A stretch of 64,000 nucleotides of DNA from assembly GCA_030390025.1 (NCBI GenBank), contig JASTWF010000355.1, positions 372,001-436,000 on the forward strand, written 5' to 3'. The stretch comes from Squalus acanthias (Eukaryota). Shown here piece after piece: positions 61,306-64,000 of the stretch. Made by a program: the position numbers and the translations under genes. The number at the start of each line of letters is the position of its first letter. Position 1 is the stretch's first letter. Under the pieces are notes generated by a model. The model saw only the letters and a program-made list of their open reading frames with translations. It was not told the origin of the DNA and searched no databases.

Positions 61306-64000
61306 GTTACTTCTGCACATGTCAGTCCCCCTGCTCTGGTCCAATGTCCAGTAAACTGATGCTCCTCTGCCACTCACTGTGGATGGGCTCTCACCTGCCA
61401 GACATCATGATGTCATAGCCCGGACAGTTTCCCTCCATCCTCCCCCGCTGGTCCATTCCGTGAGCCCCACTTCTAATTTACTGCTTGCTTTTTCTTCACT
61501 CGCCATTACCGCTGGAACTCCCCGCTCCCTTATTTTGTTTCATTTGATTGTTTTTTTCATCCATTGACCAACCATTAGTAGATTTTAATATTACAATAAC
61601 ATAACTCTGCTACCGAATGCAGGAAGGCGAATTTCCGTCCTCGGGTGCAGCCAGGAAGCTTTGAAACTTTGTATTTCACATAAGTTTCTGTACATCGCCT
61701 CGGGCAGGGTTTGGGAATAGGACAGGAAGCCTCAGCAGATCTGGGATGGGAAGGACAAAACCTGCCACATTGTCGCTTCTGATCCCTGTGCAATGACCCT
61801 GCCGCACAGGGCAGAATTATGGATTCAGGGGAGAACATTTGAATATCCATACAGTCCAATACGTAGTTGCTATAATCAGGTGTGTAGAATGCCCTGTCGA
61901 GACTGATCAGTAATGTTCTGTACAATTTCGCTTCTTTCTCTTGCAGTTAACTTGATTGCGATTGTGGTCCTGTCCGGAGCAAAGTGCGGGCTCTCCGAAT
62001 GTATCAGTCGATATCTTCTGGCAATGGTGGTGACCGATCTACTGGTCATTATCAACGAGATCATATTTCTTCGCAACATTTATAAAATTTTCCCCGGATC
62101 TTTCCTGTCCATCACCCCTGTATGCAGTGTTATCATTGTCCTGGCTCGTGCATCCATAGACTGTTCAGTCTGGTTAACAATCACTTTCTCCTTTGATCGC
62201 TTTGTTGCTATTTGTTGCCAAAAGCTGAAAACAAAATATTGCACCAAGAATACTGCGGCTGTGGTTATAGCAACAACCTGCATTCTGCTGAGTTTGAAAA
62301 GTGCTACTTGGTACTTTACATATGAATCTAAGGACATCATCGACAATGTACCGTGGTTTTGTGTTATAAAACCAAACTTTTTTACTGAGCCCGGATGGGT
62401 GGCATTTGACTGGTTTGATATGATTTTAACCCCATTGCTCCCATTCGCTTTAATTTTGTTGCTCAACGCTCTGACCGTCAGACACATTTTAGTGGCCAGT
62501 CGAGTCCGGAAGGGACTGAGGGGGTCAGAGCAAAGGAGAGAATGACAGCGACCCAGAGATGGAGAGCAGAAGGAAGTCCATCATATTACTCTGCACAATT
62601 TCCGGAAGCTGCATAGTTTTGTGGTTGACATATGTTGTAGACATTTTATATTATACCATTGCTGAATCAAATTCCAGAGATTATAATGATTCATTAATTA
62701 TCTTTTCACGAGTCGGATATATGCTGCAGAATTTAAGTTGCTGCAGAAACACATTTATTTACGGGGTGACTCAGTCCAAGTTCAGAGAGCAGTTCAAGAG
62801 CGCGGTGAAATATCCGTTTACCTTGATTATTAAATTAATTAATAAAAAACAACTGAGCTAAGCCCAGAGTTGCTACCGAGACTTTCCAGGTCACTAATCT
62901 GCTATTGATCCCTAGGTGTCCCTCTCCTGAATTGCAGCAGGAATCGCTCGATATCTGCATTTCGTTCAGGGACAGGTGAGAAATTGGGATTCGGGTCAGG
63001 CCGCTATTTTGATTGGCTGCTCCGCCATTTGTGTTTCACATGCAGGGCAGCTATTTTGATGAGTTTCAGCTGAGCTCTTGTGTAAGTCAGTCCATCCATT
63101 TCATGCAACAATCCGTGTGTCTCATCCACAGTGATATCTGCTCAACAGGGAGAAAGACAGATCTGGCCTGTAGTTTACAGCACATGACATACTGTTTAGT
63201 GGTAGGTTTTTAAAAAATTAAATCATCAGTTTTATTTACGTATTGAAGAGAAGAACAATCTCAAAATGAAGGTAGTCTTTGAATATTAATAAATAAACAT
63301 GACGATTTATTGAACCGTGCGACTCCTTACTTGTCAACTGGCACTTTCTAATTTTGGCTTGCTATGAAGCGTGTGAGCCTATGTTTTTTATATTGTTAGA
63401 TCCTACTGTCTCTCATCTGTACAATCTATTTGTCCTATTCGCTCTCTATTTCTGTATCTCTGAACTTTCTGTTTGTCTTTCAATCTCTCCTCTTGTTCCT
63501 TGTTATAACTGCTTTCTGTTTCTCAGTGATTCACCTGAAGTTGCTTTTCCTGTATTCATCTTCATCCCTTTGTCTTCCTTTAATTTCGTAGTTCCAGTGC
63601 TCACTAAATGTACTTATCAGAGATAACATAATAGTAGTAGTAATAAATGATATATCATACAGTAAGATAGAAAAAAATACTATATGTTTTGCAAATAGGA
63701 CGAGAAGGGATCGCTCACTCTAATAGGGATAAACTCTAGATCACCTAATAGTGGAAGGGAAGTGGAGGGAGAAATATACATGGAAATTTATGGAATGCGT
63801 AAAATACATGGAATACAATCACCGAAATTTCAACCGCCACAATATAAACTGTCAAGAAGAGGTAGGGATATGGGGCAATGGAATGCAGTTTTTATGGATT
63901 GTACAGAACATTTTTACGTAGGACGTCAGAAGTCCAACAAGAAATGAGTGACTGTTGGATGTAGAAATGAGAAATAGGACAAAGCAGGCAACAAAAGCAA

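Larger units (their letters stand above)
50641..62861 (+). pseudogene. GPR139/GPR142-like class A GPCR, gene B: exon 1 50641-50707, exon 2 61947-62861; TT donor and frameshift
   Basis: Exon 1 MLATFYTISTIYYIILAVIGVP+G|ttgagt; acceptor cttctttctcttgcag| at 61946; VNLIAIVVLSGAKCGL, FSFDRFVAIC, MESRRKS and NLSCCRNTFIY; extra G in a G5 run at 62520-62524 shifts the frame in ICL3. Confidence 0.88.

Overview
Eukaryotic, repeat-dense DNA that looks like a cartilaginous fish (shark) genome, judged from HE1/V-SINE-like and DeuSINE/SacSINE1-like SINEs, abundant CR1 and L2 LINEs, and a GPR139/GPR142-like receptor family. Most of the window is nested transposable elements and tandem repeats. The host content is a small cluster of two-exon class A GPCR genes: gene A (+, 25415-32113), gene B (+, 50641-62861) and the first exon of a divergent gene C (-, 16256-16352) that the ORF track missed. 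A and B carry frameshifts; B and C both have TTGAGT where the GT splice donor should be; all three share a TCCC(N)GTGG-TATAAAT-CCTCA promoter layout. The most striking structure is a full-length CR1 LINE (3964-10523) whose 5' UTR is a 2.4 kb array of near-identical monomers. The nine long monomers carry GC box, CCAAT and TATA motifs, and all eleven carry a splice acceptor/donor mini-exon. The element begins exactly at the monomer position that lies 28 nt downstream of the TATA. Penelope-like elements with GIY-YIG domains and minimal hammerhead ribozymes, several solo LTRs and several satellites are also present. All family assignments come from reading the sequence; no database search was run.
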